Origin: Priapulus caudatus
Lineage: Eukaryota
Direction: 5' to 3'
DNA length: 52,123 nt
Assembly (NCBI RefSeq): GCF_000485595.1
Contig: NW_014577089.1
Location: 801,283-853,405 of the forward strand
Below are positions 1 to 14,200 of this stretch, in pieces. The first letter of the stretch is position 1. Each line of letters begins with the position of its first letter. The notes under the pieces are model-generated. The model ran no database searches, had not been told where the DNA came from, and saw only the letters and a program-made list of their open reading frames with translations. Both the position numbers and the translations under genes were made by a program.

Positions 1-1389
1 ACGTTCACTTGTCAGTAAAAGGTTCCATTTATAAACCAATTAAATTACAAATTTGAACTGAAATTCAGAACTTAAGATGGAACTCTATATATTTCCACTG
101 GCTACGAGTCATAGGTCCCTTAATTCTCATGTGTATATGCGCGCATACGATAATTAAAAGCCAGGTATTCTCAAGAAGTTGTATGCAGGACTTAGGCATA
201 GCTAAGTAATATACACGATACGCAATAAATTTGGTTTATGCACGCGTCCTTTGAATGCGACGTAGTTTTTGAGACCACTAAATAAGTCTAGTGTTTAACA
301 TATAGAATACCTTTCGCTTTGAAACGCACTTAGAGCGCACTATTGAGATATGAAGACGCCTGTGTGTTGCGCGCGCGTGTGGTTGTAGGTGTGCGTGCGT
401 GTGTGCGTGTAGGTGTAGTCAATTTAGACTTGCCCTTGGGTTCAAATCACCCCTACCCCTAACGCGTGCGCACACACAAACGTCCATCTTTCATTTTCGA
501 CTGCAGGTCGTACACTCCCTATCGGTAGCGTTGTCAAACCATGCAGTGTGCCGATTGATTAATGGAGACTGGCATGGGCAGATTTGTCTGCATAAAACGT
601 CACGTATTAGCGGGAAATTAACTGTAAAGTTTTATTCCAGCCATGCATGGTTCTGCCTTAGGCGGTGTAAAAGAGCAATGCTATACGTAAATTTAAAATC
701 CTTCGTTCTGTAAATAACGTAGAATCGAAATTAGTATAATCGTGCAACTATTTGATTGCTTTTTAGCAAGAAATAAACCTCATTTTGCTGAAATTCAATA
801 GTGGTACACCTCGCGAATTCCGAACTTCCGGGAATGCTTTGTTGTGCGGCCACAATGCAAACATTAGAAGAAACATAACACTAAATAAACACACTTAGTC
901 AAACCAATACAGGACTAGCCGTAATGCTATCGCTTGATAAATAACAGCCAGTATATGTAAAACTTTTTATACTGTTACTGCTGAACTTCATATCCTGTAC
1001 GTTCATTGCGATAATATAATGATGTACTCATAATATCAAGAGTATATAAATAATCCTTCTTTATATGCTCTTGATAATATTTCAATAGCAATGTCATGCC
1101 GAATATCGATATTAAAACTGTTATCATTTTTATGTTTTGAGCATAGTACATCAGTGTAGGGGGCCTACAAGGGGCGAGTGTTATACTGAAGTCAGTATTA
1201 ATATTTATACTCCAGCTTTTATATTTCAACTTATATGTAGTATTTTTCCCACATACATGCACAACATAACGCCTCACATAACACGCTACCATCAGCAAAT
1301 ATTACATTGGTCATGATTATACTGCTTCGCTGTACCAGCGGTGACCAGCACATGCACATTTATGATTTCTGTCGTGTTCTTAATTTTAG

Positions 1390-1612
1390 TTCGACCAGTT
1401 TGCCCGGACGAAGCTGCATGGAGATGCCGGCGGTTCGTTCCACTTCGTCACAGACGGTCAGCTGCATTTCAGGCAATGTCTGCATCCAGAGGCTGGCAAC
1501 AAGAATGTCGAACTCCCTCCCTATTTCTACAGCTTCTTCGACCTGAGAAAAGAATTTAAGAAATTCTACCACCAGGTGGAAGATGTCTCCTGCGTTAAGG
1601 ACATGTTAGATT
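1390..1612 (+). CDS. ESRP: ESRP exon, DnaQ/DEDDh-like domain (FDQFARTK...[10 protein letters not shown]...KDMLD); first exon seen in window
   Basis: Acceptor ttttag at 1389; ends at U12-type donor GTATCCTTTT (1613); not captured in frame by the ORF track. Confidence 0.92.
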
Positions 1613-4600
1613 GTATCCTTTTTGGGTGTGAGAAAGTGTATTATATAGATATGTATATATATATATATATATATATCTAAATCTAACATTATATCTGGAG
1701 TGTCATACTATCAACATATATCTAGATTATATACTGTACGTCTATATTATGACACTCCTGATTATATTGTATCATAGGCTTACATAAAATCGTTTTTCTG
1801 CAATTCCATTTGTGATTCTTAAATACATCATGGCATTTACTTGATACGCTTTATTTATGCGCGGACACGTATTCTGTAACATATACGTAACAAAATTACG
1901 TATCTGGGAACAAAATTACCTTCGATGTACGATAGTAGCCAAGGGGCGTTTGAAATCAATCGAAGTTGACATTAGATGGTTGAATCGAAGATTCCATCGC
2001 AATCGTGCGTGTCCGATGAATAGTACGAGTAGTAAATTGCACAGATTCTCTGTTCCTGTCTGGCGTAGGAGACGAGGATATTAGGCGATTTCTCTGCTTA
2101 GAATCCATGTGATATTAATCCGCGGCGAATTAGCGGACGAACGAGCACGTTTTCTATTCGGGTTGAGGTTGAGTTACTTTGGCCGTTGGCATTCTCATCA
2201 AAGTGCTCACAAACGCGTGCACCGCATGTAAAGCGAATATCTATTACTACTATAACGATTATATCTATCAAGCCAGGTTTCAATTCCCTATTAGAATTGA
2301 ATGAACAAGTCACATCTTTTCTCTCCATGTTTTTCGTTATGTGGCGGATAGTATCGGCAAAAAGCAAGAGGCAATAATGACTCGAAATTCCAGGCGTAAT
2401 TTCTTATATGCATGTGTTTCTGCATACAACCAAGAGCGTACAAAGAAGGAGAGCGTACAACGGTGAAATGCTGAAACTATGTTGCAGTATTAATCAAATT
2501 AATAAATTTAACTAACGACTAAATTTTGACGATTCTTTGCAGTAATATTGATCAGCTGTCCTACCTTGTTAATATAAAACAAACCGCATGTCCCTCCGAT
2601 GCTCCTACGCTGAGCTGATGAGCGGTGAAAATCTGGTATTTTCTCTGAAAACCGAAGCGAGATTAGTGCTAACTGCGACTGTCTCTCGCTTTGAGATAAC
2701 TTCGGGAAACTTCGGCAAAGTTTCTTTATTCGACTAATACTGCAACATGATTTCACCATTTCACCGTTGTACGCTCTCCTTTTTTTTTTATACGCTCTTG
2801 ATACAATCAGCTATGTAGTGGAGGCGTGATCACGTACTGGTGAGTGACATAGGTGACGTAATGTTGAACTCCACGACGTTTGTATAAAACATTAAAAGGT
2901 TCCGCGACCAAAGTGTCATTACTGATCGAGTTCCCACCTTCTCAAGTTATAAGAACACCTTATTTCGTCGCCCTGATAAATATTTCAATTTAAATCTATC
3001 TCGTTCTGTGAGTAATTAGATAACACTTGTTTACATTTGCATGTGTTGCCGTCTGTAGGTGTAGCACTTACGGGTCAAGTCGATCAATGAGTCTCTTGTG
3101 TCGGCAAGCTGCCGCATGATTCACTGAGACACGAAACCCCCTTGTCTATATTTGCACGACATTATAGTTTAATAAGTCGTAATAACAACAGTATACGCTG
3201 GCGTCTCTATGTTCTACCGGCTTTTGTTTTCGCAGACACTGAATCGTGACACCTCATGCTGGCTACATGCAGGGCGAGGAACCAGTGTGTGTGTGTGCTA
3301 GCTGTTCGTAGTTAAAAGCTTGAAACGAGATGAGAGGTACCTGGTCACATCTGAAATACTTGTGTAACTACTAGCAAGGCCACGGTAATTGTGTTTGTGT
3401 ACGTAATTGTAGCGCATACGATTTGTACCGACTACTGGCGCGCATAGACTTTACCAGCAGTGAATAATAATAGATCTATTATTATTCACTCCTGACTTTA
3501 TCCATCCCCGCTCACCCTTCCCTCACCTTTATTAGTCGTTCTCCATCACATCCGTGGCCATAATGTATTGTCTCTTTCACTTTGTCGCTCTCTCTGTCTC
3601 TCGCTTTCCCATACTTCCCATCTATCTCTAATTATTTGCGCCGCATGCAAAGTTGCATTGGCACGCATAAAACACACCAGGACAAGTATTAACAATGCAT
3701 GCGCTAGCCTAATTGATGAAACGTCAAGCTGTCACCCTATCACAATCACCACAGTGTCTACCCTGTCTGCCCAAATTGTGTATCAAGTGCAGACGCGTGC
3801 AACAGGTTTTCTCGGAGAATGTGTTAGATATGTACACATTTGGGTTATTAAATGCAAGTAGCATCGGGTCAGAGCCATGTGGGTACTGTCAAAAATCGCG
3901 CGCCAAGTAGTAGCGCGTATATATATGTATTGTGTTTAATGACATATGCGTATAGTAACAGCTGTCGTTACTGCAGAATACACGCGCGCTCTGTTGCGTG
4001 AATTAGTAAAATCTACGTAGATTGCTCACGTGAGGATGTATAAAGATTATATACGAAATTTGTTTTGACAATTGAAATTCTCATCTTTAAGCTGCCTCAA
4101 GATTAATATTATACCCCGTGTTGTATATCGAATGGAGTTCAAGTATATTTTCCAGAGCAAACGTTTTTGCTAGATGAGTACAAATTTACCAAGCTATACG
4201 TTCATTTACGCCAATTATTCTGATGAGTTTTGTTAATTATCCCGTGTCCCTGGTCCGAGCTCTAGAGGTTTATCCGGAATCTGCGGGCATCGACCATACA
4301 ATTGTGACTTGTACCTGAGAGGCAACAAGGGCCATATATTTCCAACTGACAAGATGCTGTCTCACTGTCTTAATGACTATATCAAGACAGCGAGTTTAAC
4401 TGTCCACAGGTACCGCGAACCAATCACAACTGTGTTTTGTTAGTCTCGACGTCTCTGTCTCAGTTGTCGCTGCTAGGTAATTAATGTATATTTATACAGG
4501 TTCTCCTAAGAGAAAACCACGGAATGTAACCAGAAAAGAAGGTTGTTGGGGATACCTACCCCGCGCTAAACCCCATAAATTGCGACGGTCTCATCCTCGT

Positions 4601-7367
4601 ATTGTCGTGGACACATCGCTCGACCCTGGTCTTGTCTCTGACAGATGACGACCTAAATAGCCGGCAAACCTGTTCGATGCATTTGCGCTTCGTCTGCTGG
4701 TGTCAGGGGCGTGACCGGCTGGGGTTATTAGACCTCACGCTTGTCATCAGTGCATATTTTACTACGGGGACGTTGCCTGCGCAATGAATGAAAAGGCGCT
4801 CGAACGTGCGTTACGTTGATTCGATGTGATTGGTACGTGTTCCCTTAGTATAGACGCCATATCAGCTAGATTTAAACGTATCTCTTCAGGGTAGGGCCTA
4901 CTCTTATTGGAAATACACTGCACGCGTGCACGCAGTTCGTTTGGTATACGTATGTAACGACGGGGCGAACCCCCGCACGAATGGATCTACAGTGATTTTG
5001 CCCTGTTCTTTCTCTATCGAGATACATGAAATTAAGTATATAGTGTTTTTAAACTTATTATTACAACCTGTTTGGCGCTTAACAAAGCAAGCTCCGAAAT
5101 GAGTATGAAATTGGTTTAATAATATGTATCATGCCCACATTATAAATTGCGTGTATAGGGTCATTATTATAACGTGTTTCGCCGTGTTGGCGTCGTGTTA
5201 AATATCCCGCCACCGTTTGTGTTAATGTTTTATGCAAATATCGGTTGAACTTAGATCTCCAGCAGTTAATATATGGCGGCTTGTTTAATGTGAGATAGCG
5301 CTAATAAAGCCCCCGCTGTTCAATTTTCGCGTATATACTGACCTGGAGGCTAGTATTGTACATGGGGTGTAGATGGGTAGAACGTATATGCGAAACATCT
5401 TTGCATGAGGATAACTCATTATGCTTGTAGCTCAAGCAATATAATACACGTGCTAATAGCTACTAATAGCCACTCATAGCTACCAATTTCTTAGAATGAT
5501 ATAACAATATGCCTTTGGCATCTCTCATTATATTTACATAATTTAAATTCTTAAAGCTTTACAACATTTTCGTAAAACTTTACATTGCTACGCTTCAATA
5601 TCATCCTGGTTCAGCAGTGATGTCGCACCGTCATATTAGTAAGCAACATCGAGAAAAGTAGATTAGCCATTGTAAGATGACAAGACCATGTACTCGCTTA
5701 TACACGCGCACTCTTTAATTGAGTTGTAAAGAATGGCGAGTTCGCTACGCGCAGATTTCTAAAATAATGTTCCTCTATGCACCGTTACGTTCACCATGCA
5801 CTCTTATGTTCACCACGTAACCTTATAGTCGCTATGTATCTTTTTAGTCGTCATGTACCCGTATCTTCACCATGCAACCTTATGTTCGTCATGCACCCTT
5901 ACGTTCACCATGCACCCGTATCTTCACCATGCAACCTTATGTTCGTCATGCACCCTTACGTTCACCATGCAACCTTATGTTCACCATGCAACCTTATGTT
6001 CACCATGTACCATTACGGTCACCATGTACCCGTATGTTCACCGTGCAACCCTATGTTCGTCATGCACCCCTAATGGCTGTTATTGATACATCCGCTATAC
6101 GTATTAGCGCTCGGACCGGCGAATTTACTCTTGCACCTTTTGGTATGAAAATACAGGAATCGGACGTGAATGCCTATCACCGGCGTGACGGCAGCGCATA
6201 CGTGTGCCGCTGACATGTGAATGAGGCTGCCGCCGCGGCGTCGACCGACTTGCAACAATAGTGAATGCATGCTCCCCTCGCACGGAACGCGCCGGTTTAA
6301 TCACCCCGGCGATGGTGCGGCCGCTTCCCTTTCGCGTCGACCACTTTTTCTCGCCGACGAACTGATTGCGTCAAAACAATGGGACGCTTTATGTCCTTTG
6401 TGTTGGCGAAAGCCGAAAAACTGTCTGCCGCGCGCGCGGTGTCGGCGCCTGGGCAGGACGACAACGAAAATAGAAGCATTGTCATGCAAGTGATCTCCAT
6501 AATCAAGGCGACAATAGTGTTACTGTTTATGGTCGTCGCCATTTCGAGCGTGGCACCCATAGAGAAGTGATCAAGATGAATAGTAGTTGGGTTATACCAC
6601 AGTGTTCTGTTACGGCAGTTCACCCCCTTCACTACTTGTTCTGGCACATTCATTCGCCTTGCTTTATTGTCTGTGATAGGCGGTAGGGTACCTGTTGTAC
6701 GAATTAAGGTTAAGATTGACGTGTCTGGTGTGCGGTCTATGACTATAATAACCATACGTGGCTTAACGACGACATGTAGCTCCCGGGAGCTGGCAGTACA
6801 CCCGCCCTTAACCATTTACTCATTGTGAGTCCTAATCACCCAGACGACAATACTCGTCTTCTGATGAATCACTGGTGTTTGCAAACTTGGCCGTATTTCC
6901 GTCTTACACAGCGCGAGTTTGCCAGCACCAGGTTAATGGGCGACCAATTACAATGACGGCTGTTTGGAGCGATCCCGAAATACAGTAAATCTCAAAATTA
7001 TCCCTCTGTTTATCCTGCTTGATTATCCGAACCTCATTATTGGGCCGGTGGTTTGATGGTGCGTTTAGCGGAAGTCTGGTTTAGGCTCGTGTTACTCGAA
7101 ATGTGAAGTGACATCTGACCACATGGTGTGGTTCCTGTACGCGGAGAGGGTCAGTCGGTAAACGCGCGCAATTACTTACGAATAGTTGTGTAAACAACCA
7201 ACAAACATCTGGAATTTCCTCCATGAAACGTGCTTGCTGGGCCAATTGCATATGCAATCTTTCAATCAGTTCGAACAAAATACATTAATATTAGCCTACA
7301 TTAATACGTAAAACAGCAGCAACGAACGACGGCGAGGACTACGACGGTGATGATGATGATGATAATG

Positions 7368-7427
<60 letters not shown>

Positions 7428-10400
7428 TTATATGGTATAGGTGTCATTATCAGAAAAAATGTACAAATATATACTGCACCTTAACTCGTCAAATCAGATA
7501 TAGGTTTGGAAGTTGATGAATCGGCAGAATTCGGTATCAGACATGGCCAAGAGATGGGAAAAATCATACAGCGAATGCTCCACGACGGTAAGATATAGAA
7601 CCCTTTTAGCCACTCCTTTATATCGTCTTGCTCTTGACCGCTACCATTCCTCATGTTAGCTTGTAACTCGAGAAGAGAGCTATTCTGCGCACCTATCGGC
7701 ATAGGATCACGTTTTATCATTTATTCTGCAACACGCCATGTTCACTATATGATCCAATCCCTTTATGTATATTTTGTATTGTTATTGGTAAGGCTTTGCA
7801 AATTTAAACGAATTTGTTGCTGTTCATTACTCTGTTGGTGCGTGAAATGAATTCATGGTAGATGTATGTCGGTAAAGAGCCATAGTGTTCACGCAGCTAC
7901 ATCCTCGGGCTTTCACCTTTGTTGACATTGTCAAATAGGGCACAAGACGTGTTTTGAAACCGTGGTTTATATTTGCAGAGCCACTGCACACAATGCTCTG
8001 TGGTTAAAAGTTCCGACAACGAAAAAACAACGATGGCGATTGGTGTTATTATGAGCACTAATGTTTGTCATTGTCGTGACACCAACTTTAGACAATCAGG
8101 CTGGCGGATATAGTGTAATATAATTGCTTAAATTTATACATACTTCCACAAAAGGTCTATAACATTTGGGAAAATTGCGAAGCTACTTGTTGCAATGTAT
8201 TTTATCAGGAATGCTGTGCGCCATTGACATTGGCATTAAAATCAAGCCAGGTTGCTGTATTCATATGATTCCTGTGACTATATATAGCAACCGCCATGAT
8301 TAAGTCGAGCTCCGTCGAGAGAGATGATTCCAGAAAGTCACGAACCGTGACAGCTCAATCTTTTTTCTCCTGTCTTTGTCATCGCTACACGCCGTGCTTA
8401 TACCAATACACAGGGGCACGCATCCTCTCAAATGCCACGCAGAGGCGTTGTACGCCCTTCACTTTTCAAAGGGCCGTCGACTCCTGTATTGTCACTGCGC
8501 GAACCATTGCTCGGTTTGTCCTGCGCGCGGTACGCAGCAATTGCCTCGACCCGGTTGTCTGGTCTTTAAGAACCACTTTGCTCCGCACGAGACAGCGGCA
8601 TGTCATTACGGCCGAGAAAGATGAGGCTCGCTCATATCAAGCTGCACGTGAAGCTATAGCTGACTGCGTCATTGTTTTGATGCGTCGGCGGCATCCGCGC
8701 ACAATAACATTCGCTGTTACAAATGAGCTGATGATATCACGCTCATCTTTGTTTGTTCTCGCGTGCGCGAAATTACGCGACGCTCCAAGGTGTAGTGCCC
8801 TTGGTGGTGATTGGACTCGCATTCCGATTACGGAATAAGCAGATACGATTTTAGCGAAAAGACAGTATAAAAATCAAAACAGAAACGTAGAGGAATCACT
8901 GTCACACGGCCGCCGCCATGTCAACTATAACCCGACGAGCAGTGCGGTTATTGGCTGTATATATCCAACTGCGCGAAGCATAGAACGAATTGATGATACA
9001 AACTTTATAAAGAAATATTTTGGTAGCAAAGCGTTAAGCATCGAAATTTATTGTTCATATTTGATATATTGCCATACGCGACCGAAACATTACCTACACT
9101 TGATCTCGTATACTTCTATTGAACAGGGAAAATAAAAGCAGTTTCTGCTAAAGCTACTTGCCAAGGTGATTATATTGTACACGCCGAATACACGCCGATT
9201 TGGAAATTTTCTTTTATTTAAACAGCAGGAGGGTAGCTAGACTCAAATGCACGATACTGCGTATGCGTCCCGTCTGCGAAATTTCAATCTATTTATACGT
9301 TTAATGTCCAAAATCGTTGATCTAGCGTTGGAACTAAACTGAAATATCGGTCGGTTACCTTGTGTGCGTTGAAAGAATGCGGACGTTTACACGCTAATCA
9401 TGTCGATGCATAATTTACATCTTGCTATGCGATTCGTATACGCATTGATTTGTTTTGAATAATTTTGCAGGGCACAGATTCGAAAATCCGGAGCCGGTAA
9501 ACGCACGGCTAGAAGCAGGATTATGGTGAGAATCGGTTTTTTCTTCGTTTGTTTTCTTTGTTTTCTTTATCTAAACTGAGGCCGATGTGTATATGGATAC
9601 GTACGTGCGCGTATACCCACTTGTGTATGTGTGCGTGCGTTGAAAAGACTATTAATGTATGAACTCATACAACATCATATCATATCATTTCATATTATAT
9701 GTAGCTTAACCTGTTTGTATTTCCATTGTTGTAACCACGTGAGTACCGATCGCTGTAACTTGATAATAACCCTAGCGCCTGTTATCGCAAGTAGCGATCC
9801 TATTAAGTTATCCTAGAAATGCACACAAGAAATTATGCATATAATGATGATGATAAATTCACAATTGTAATTTGAGATTATTATACCATGATAGCAATGT
9901 AGGCAGTTTTTGTCATTTAATTATCGCGCAATTAAATAAAAAACGTGAAAGTGAGAGTTGTATTGGGAGAAATGTTATTACTAAAATTTACATGATTATA
10001 GCTGTATAGTTGTATTCAGTAAAGTAACACCTTTGATTGCCATGTGACGAGGAGAGTTTTTTTAACACCCACGTTGTAAAATATCGAACGATCGCGACTG
10101 GAATTGTTAAAATTGAAAGACGTGTGTCGTTTGGATGGGTCTACTGACGGCGTTAATGCGCGCGTTTAAACGGAAAGGTTTGAACAGGCGTGGTATCCGT
10201 CACCATATAGCCAACGGCATTGAATGTATGCGCATGTACTCGCGAGCTGGTCTCTATACTCACGAAACATACATGATACGGTATTATTCTATCATGCCTA
10301 TACCATCCGTGTGTGTGTGTGTGGGGGGGGGTATTTCTACCTTCTCCTATTCGTTTCAGTTAACGCCTATTTGTAAAAGATTGGCGAAATGGGAGACCTT

Positions 10401-11146
10401 CCGTTTCTTGCCGGTTTCTCATTTTACCAATAGCCCGTGTATATCTGTGGATATCTCCTTTCAGTCTATATCTGTGTATGTCGATTGTCATAAAGCTGTC
10501 TCACTGACCTTAGGTTTATGACGTTATTCTAACCGACCTGTAATTTTTCCAGTTTTCTGGGGTTGTCACGTAAAACATGAAACGTATGAGGGTATTAGTC
10601 ACATTCCAACGACTGAACGCGTTGCTGACGCGATATATATATATATATATATCCTCGGGTTTAACACTATTTCACATACAAGAACTGCCACAGCTGTCAG
10701 GGATATAACTGGTATACAAAAATACAAGCGCTCGTCGAATATATTTACGTACACCGATGTTTCTATTTCATATGAATCCCATTCCATGACAAAAAACACG
10801 AAGCATAAATCAATCCACTTTACCTTTGACATCTTATCCAAGCGATTGTCGCGATTTCCGAGTACCATATTCGAATATGCAAATCTCATTAATGTCGCAG
10901 TTAAATATAAAAGTCGCGTATGAGGAATCGTGTCTCATGCAAGTATAATTGTATTATGTCTTAAGCACCCCCGATGTTGCTATCCATACATGCCTGCGGA
11001 CATAATTTCGTTACAGACGAATAATGATGACTAGGTAATTAAAATTGCAAAGCGTCCGCACTGCTTTGAAGCATACTTCACGAGCTCGCATGTGTAATAA
11101 GTGTATCACGACTCGTCGCTGGTATATATAGCAAGCAAACTCTGTG

Positions 11147-11206
<60 letters not shown>

Positions 11207-14200
11207 TGATCGTGATCCATGGGGAATGTTTTCCCGACGCACTCAGTTGATGTGCCGATCCGTACCTGGCGCTAACGATGCGCCGGGTGGCCTTGGCAAA
11301 ACTGGTTTCACAGTCTCATCTCCGACCGCTGGGGGTGACTGAACGCGCAAACGCTAGACGGTCGCTGAATCGGAGGCTACCGCTGCGTTTACGAGCACAC
11401 CGAACGCCTTGGTCGACGACTATAAGCAAGCAAGAGTTGGCTCAACTTTTTTGAAGTTGCACATTATATCTCTGATGCGAAATCACTAATATAATAGTCT
11501 GTTAGGACGTGACGGCGTTATATGCATCGTTAATAATGTCACCCCCCAGCAGCACAATCACGAGCGGTCGGTGCTAGATTCTAACCTGTTTGGTATCGCC
11601 CCCCATTCCATTATACACGAGCAAGGCTCGCCTGGAAACCGGCCAGTATAATTTCGCATCGTTCGTGTCAAGTCTTCCAACGCGAACCACCAAGACCATG
11701 CAGATAATCGTTTGGCACTTACACCAATAGAAATGTGTTATAAAATATTAGTTATCTGCGGGCGCGATGAGATTATATACCAACGTACTCATCGATGTAA
11801 TAATAAGACTTCAACACAATGCAGAACCAATTAAACCTGTAGGTGCGTCGGTTGACATACAGAATGTACGTACAGTCAGAAATAACGCAATATATATATA
11901 TATTTAGCCGTGTAACTTATCAGGAACTACGTGGTGTGCTGAGTAGTGAGCCATTCATTGCTATTGTTTAGTTGTGGATTATTATCTGAAACGCAAAGAA
12001 ATTTATATTTATAGCATGTATTGTATATTCGTCTATATGCCTTTCGTTGTCGTTACACCTAGTCGCATTATAGATATATATCTACGAATGCGTAAAAAAT
12101 TTTAATAGTCTGGTACACGTAAAAAATATTTAAAAAATTTCATATGTAATCAGCCTAAGAACAAAATCAATAAGGATTTACCTGTGTTAGTTGGTGCGTT
12201 ATTTGCGCATTGCAGGTTTTTGAACTATGACTAACCCAGTAAAAACGGAAAGTACACATTACGGAAGCGTCAAAGTTTTGGTGAATGCACAACGTACTTA
12301 CAGGAGCAACCGAGTTGAGATATACTTGATAATGCGTAATGCGCAAATAGATGTAGAATTTTGCGTTTTCGTCAGGTTACTGACCTCTAGCATTCAAAAG
12401 CATTGTACACGTGTGATGCACGTAAGATCTTTACGTAAGGATTCAGCTGTGAGCTGCGCTGCAATGCGTAAACTCTTAAACAGCAGCTATATTATTTTTT
12501 CGTTACATAGAAATAGTAGACCGAGTATGTTAACACATTTCTCTGAAACTGTATTAACTTTAGCATGATTGAACGACTAATATTTTGAAATTACACATGG
12601 AAATAACAAACCAAAAATACTATAATACTATAAATACTATAATACCTAATAAAAACGACAATACTATGTTGTAGCTCAAAGGACGAGGAAATTGACACAA
12701 ACTGTGTGATCAGAGCCAGAGGCCTTCCATGGCAGTCCTCCGATCAAGATATCGCCAAGTTCTTCCGTGGCCTAAATATAATGAAGTGAGTTTTAAGCAC
12801 TCGGCAACAGCCAATGACTAGAAGGATTTCAGCACGAAATTCCCTAGTTTATCACCGGTCTCAAAGCTATTAGCCGCTTTGCTTATTTCTATGCTTTATA
12901 AGTTTTTTACTGGTCTGCGACTGTATTAACTAGCAACTGATATTCGTGTTTGTTCTGTATACATTACCTGGAAAACCATTGCCGGTAGTACTTTTAAAAT
13001 GTTTGATTATTTCTGGTTGGCATTATGACACTTCGGGCGTGCATTATATGCAATCGTCTATGTAAGTTAATGTGGTTCATGAATGAATGTATACATAAAT
13101 ATTTATTTATTTATTTATTTATTCAACTTTTAAGTATGATTCTACATTAAACTTTACCGGATATAATATAGCACAGGTCACAGTAAATTGCGTTAATGCA
13201 GATGACTTCTCCCGCCAATAACACCAAACCCGCGTGCCCATGCACTCGTGCATTCTCATCCTCCTCGTCATCCTCATCTGTTTCGTCGATGCAGAGGTGG
13301 CGTCGCGTTGTGCCTAAGCGCCCAGGGACGACGAAACGGCGAGGCACTCGTGAGATTCATCGATCAGGAGCACAGAGATCTGGCGTTGAAGAGACACAAA
13401 CACCACATCGGTCAGCGTTACATCGAGGTGTACAAGGCGACCGGCGAGGACTTTATCAGCGTCGCGGCCGGTGAGTCCCTTTGAGTTCGGCGGGCTTATG
13501 AAGTAAATGTTAGCATGCCTAGCGTTTAAGTAGGCATCCAACAAGCCGAAGAACCATGCGTCATCCACGTAGCAAGTAGATCAAGATTCATGGGTTTGAT
13601 GTTTTCGTACAAAGCTCTTGACACCCCCGAATATTAGCAGCACCTTCGCAAAATTCACAAGATATAATATATAGAAGATAGTATGATCTACTTTCAGAGA
13701 GTAATGATAATAGATAACTTAAAGTAGGTTATATCCTATATCAAGTTAATTTAGTGGCTAATTGTATCGCTATCTAACCCATTCTCGGACTAAATCTATT
13801 GCAGAACAGTTCATTGATTCAGTCATCCAATGCCGGATAGCGCGCACGTCATTTGACTTATACAAATAATTATTCATGAATACAGGAAACAACAACGAAG
13901 CAACCGCGTTCCTTTCCCGAGGGGCTCAGGTTATTGTGCGAATGCGAGGTCTTCCATATGACACTTCCGCAAAAGATATTGTAAGTTTGCAATACTTGAA
14001 CAGCGTGTTGTTAAATTGTAGCAAGACTGTTATAAATAACGCCACTGCAATAATGGCTTCACCTACGATTATTTGCTCAAATGGCCCACACATACAGTTA
14101 ATGCGAAACTTCGCGCCCGCAAAGACTTCTATGCGTTACCAAATGTCTAACGAAATCGAAATACCCTTGTCAGTTGCGTGCCTCTGAGTGCCTCTGACGA

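Larger units (their letters stand above)
1613..7497 (+). other. U12-type (minor spliceosome) GT-AG intron of ESRP
   Basis: 5'ss GTATCCTTTT; branch site CCTTAAC at 7479-7485, 12 nt from the terminal G; no polypyrimidine tract; reading frame preserved across the junction. Confidence 0.9.

Noticed and set aside
2615..2650. CTGATGAGCGGTGAAA hammerhead-like core in the MITE
   Set aside because: Stems I and III cannot be formed convincingly.
5777..6213. Three overlapping His/Cys/Pro-rich ORFs; also considered as a CRISPR-like array
   Set aside because: Head-to-tail 19-bp minisatellite with no unique spacers; the ORFs are repeat artefacts inside the ESRP intron.
6297..6815. 172-aa minus ORF and 63-aa plus ORF within the U12 intron
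   Set aside because: No recognisable domain or coherent splice model.
6805..6845. Alternative U12 branch site CCCTTAAC
   Set aside because: The sequence after the nearby AGs does not continue ESRP homology, whereas 7498 does.
8296..8838. 180-aa ORF in an ESRP intron
   Set aside because: Arg/Cys/Ser-rich random-like composition with no family motif.
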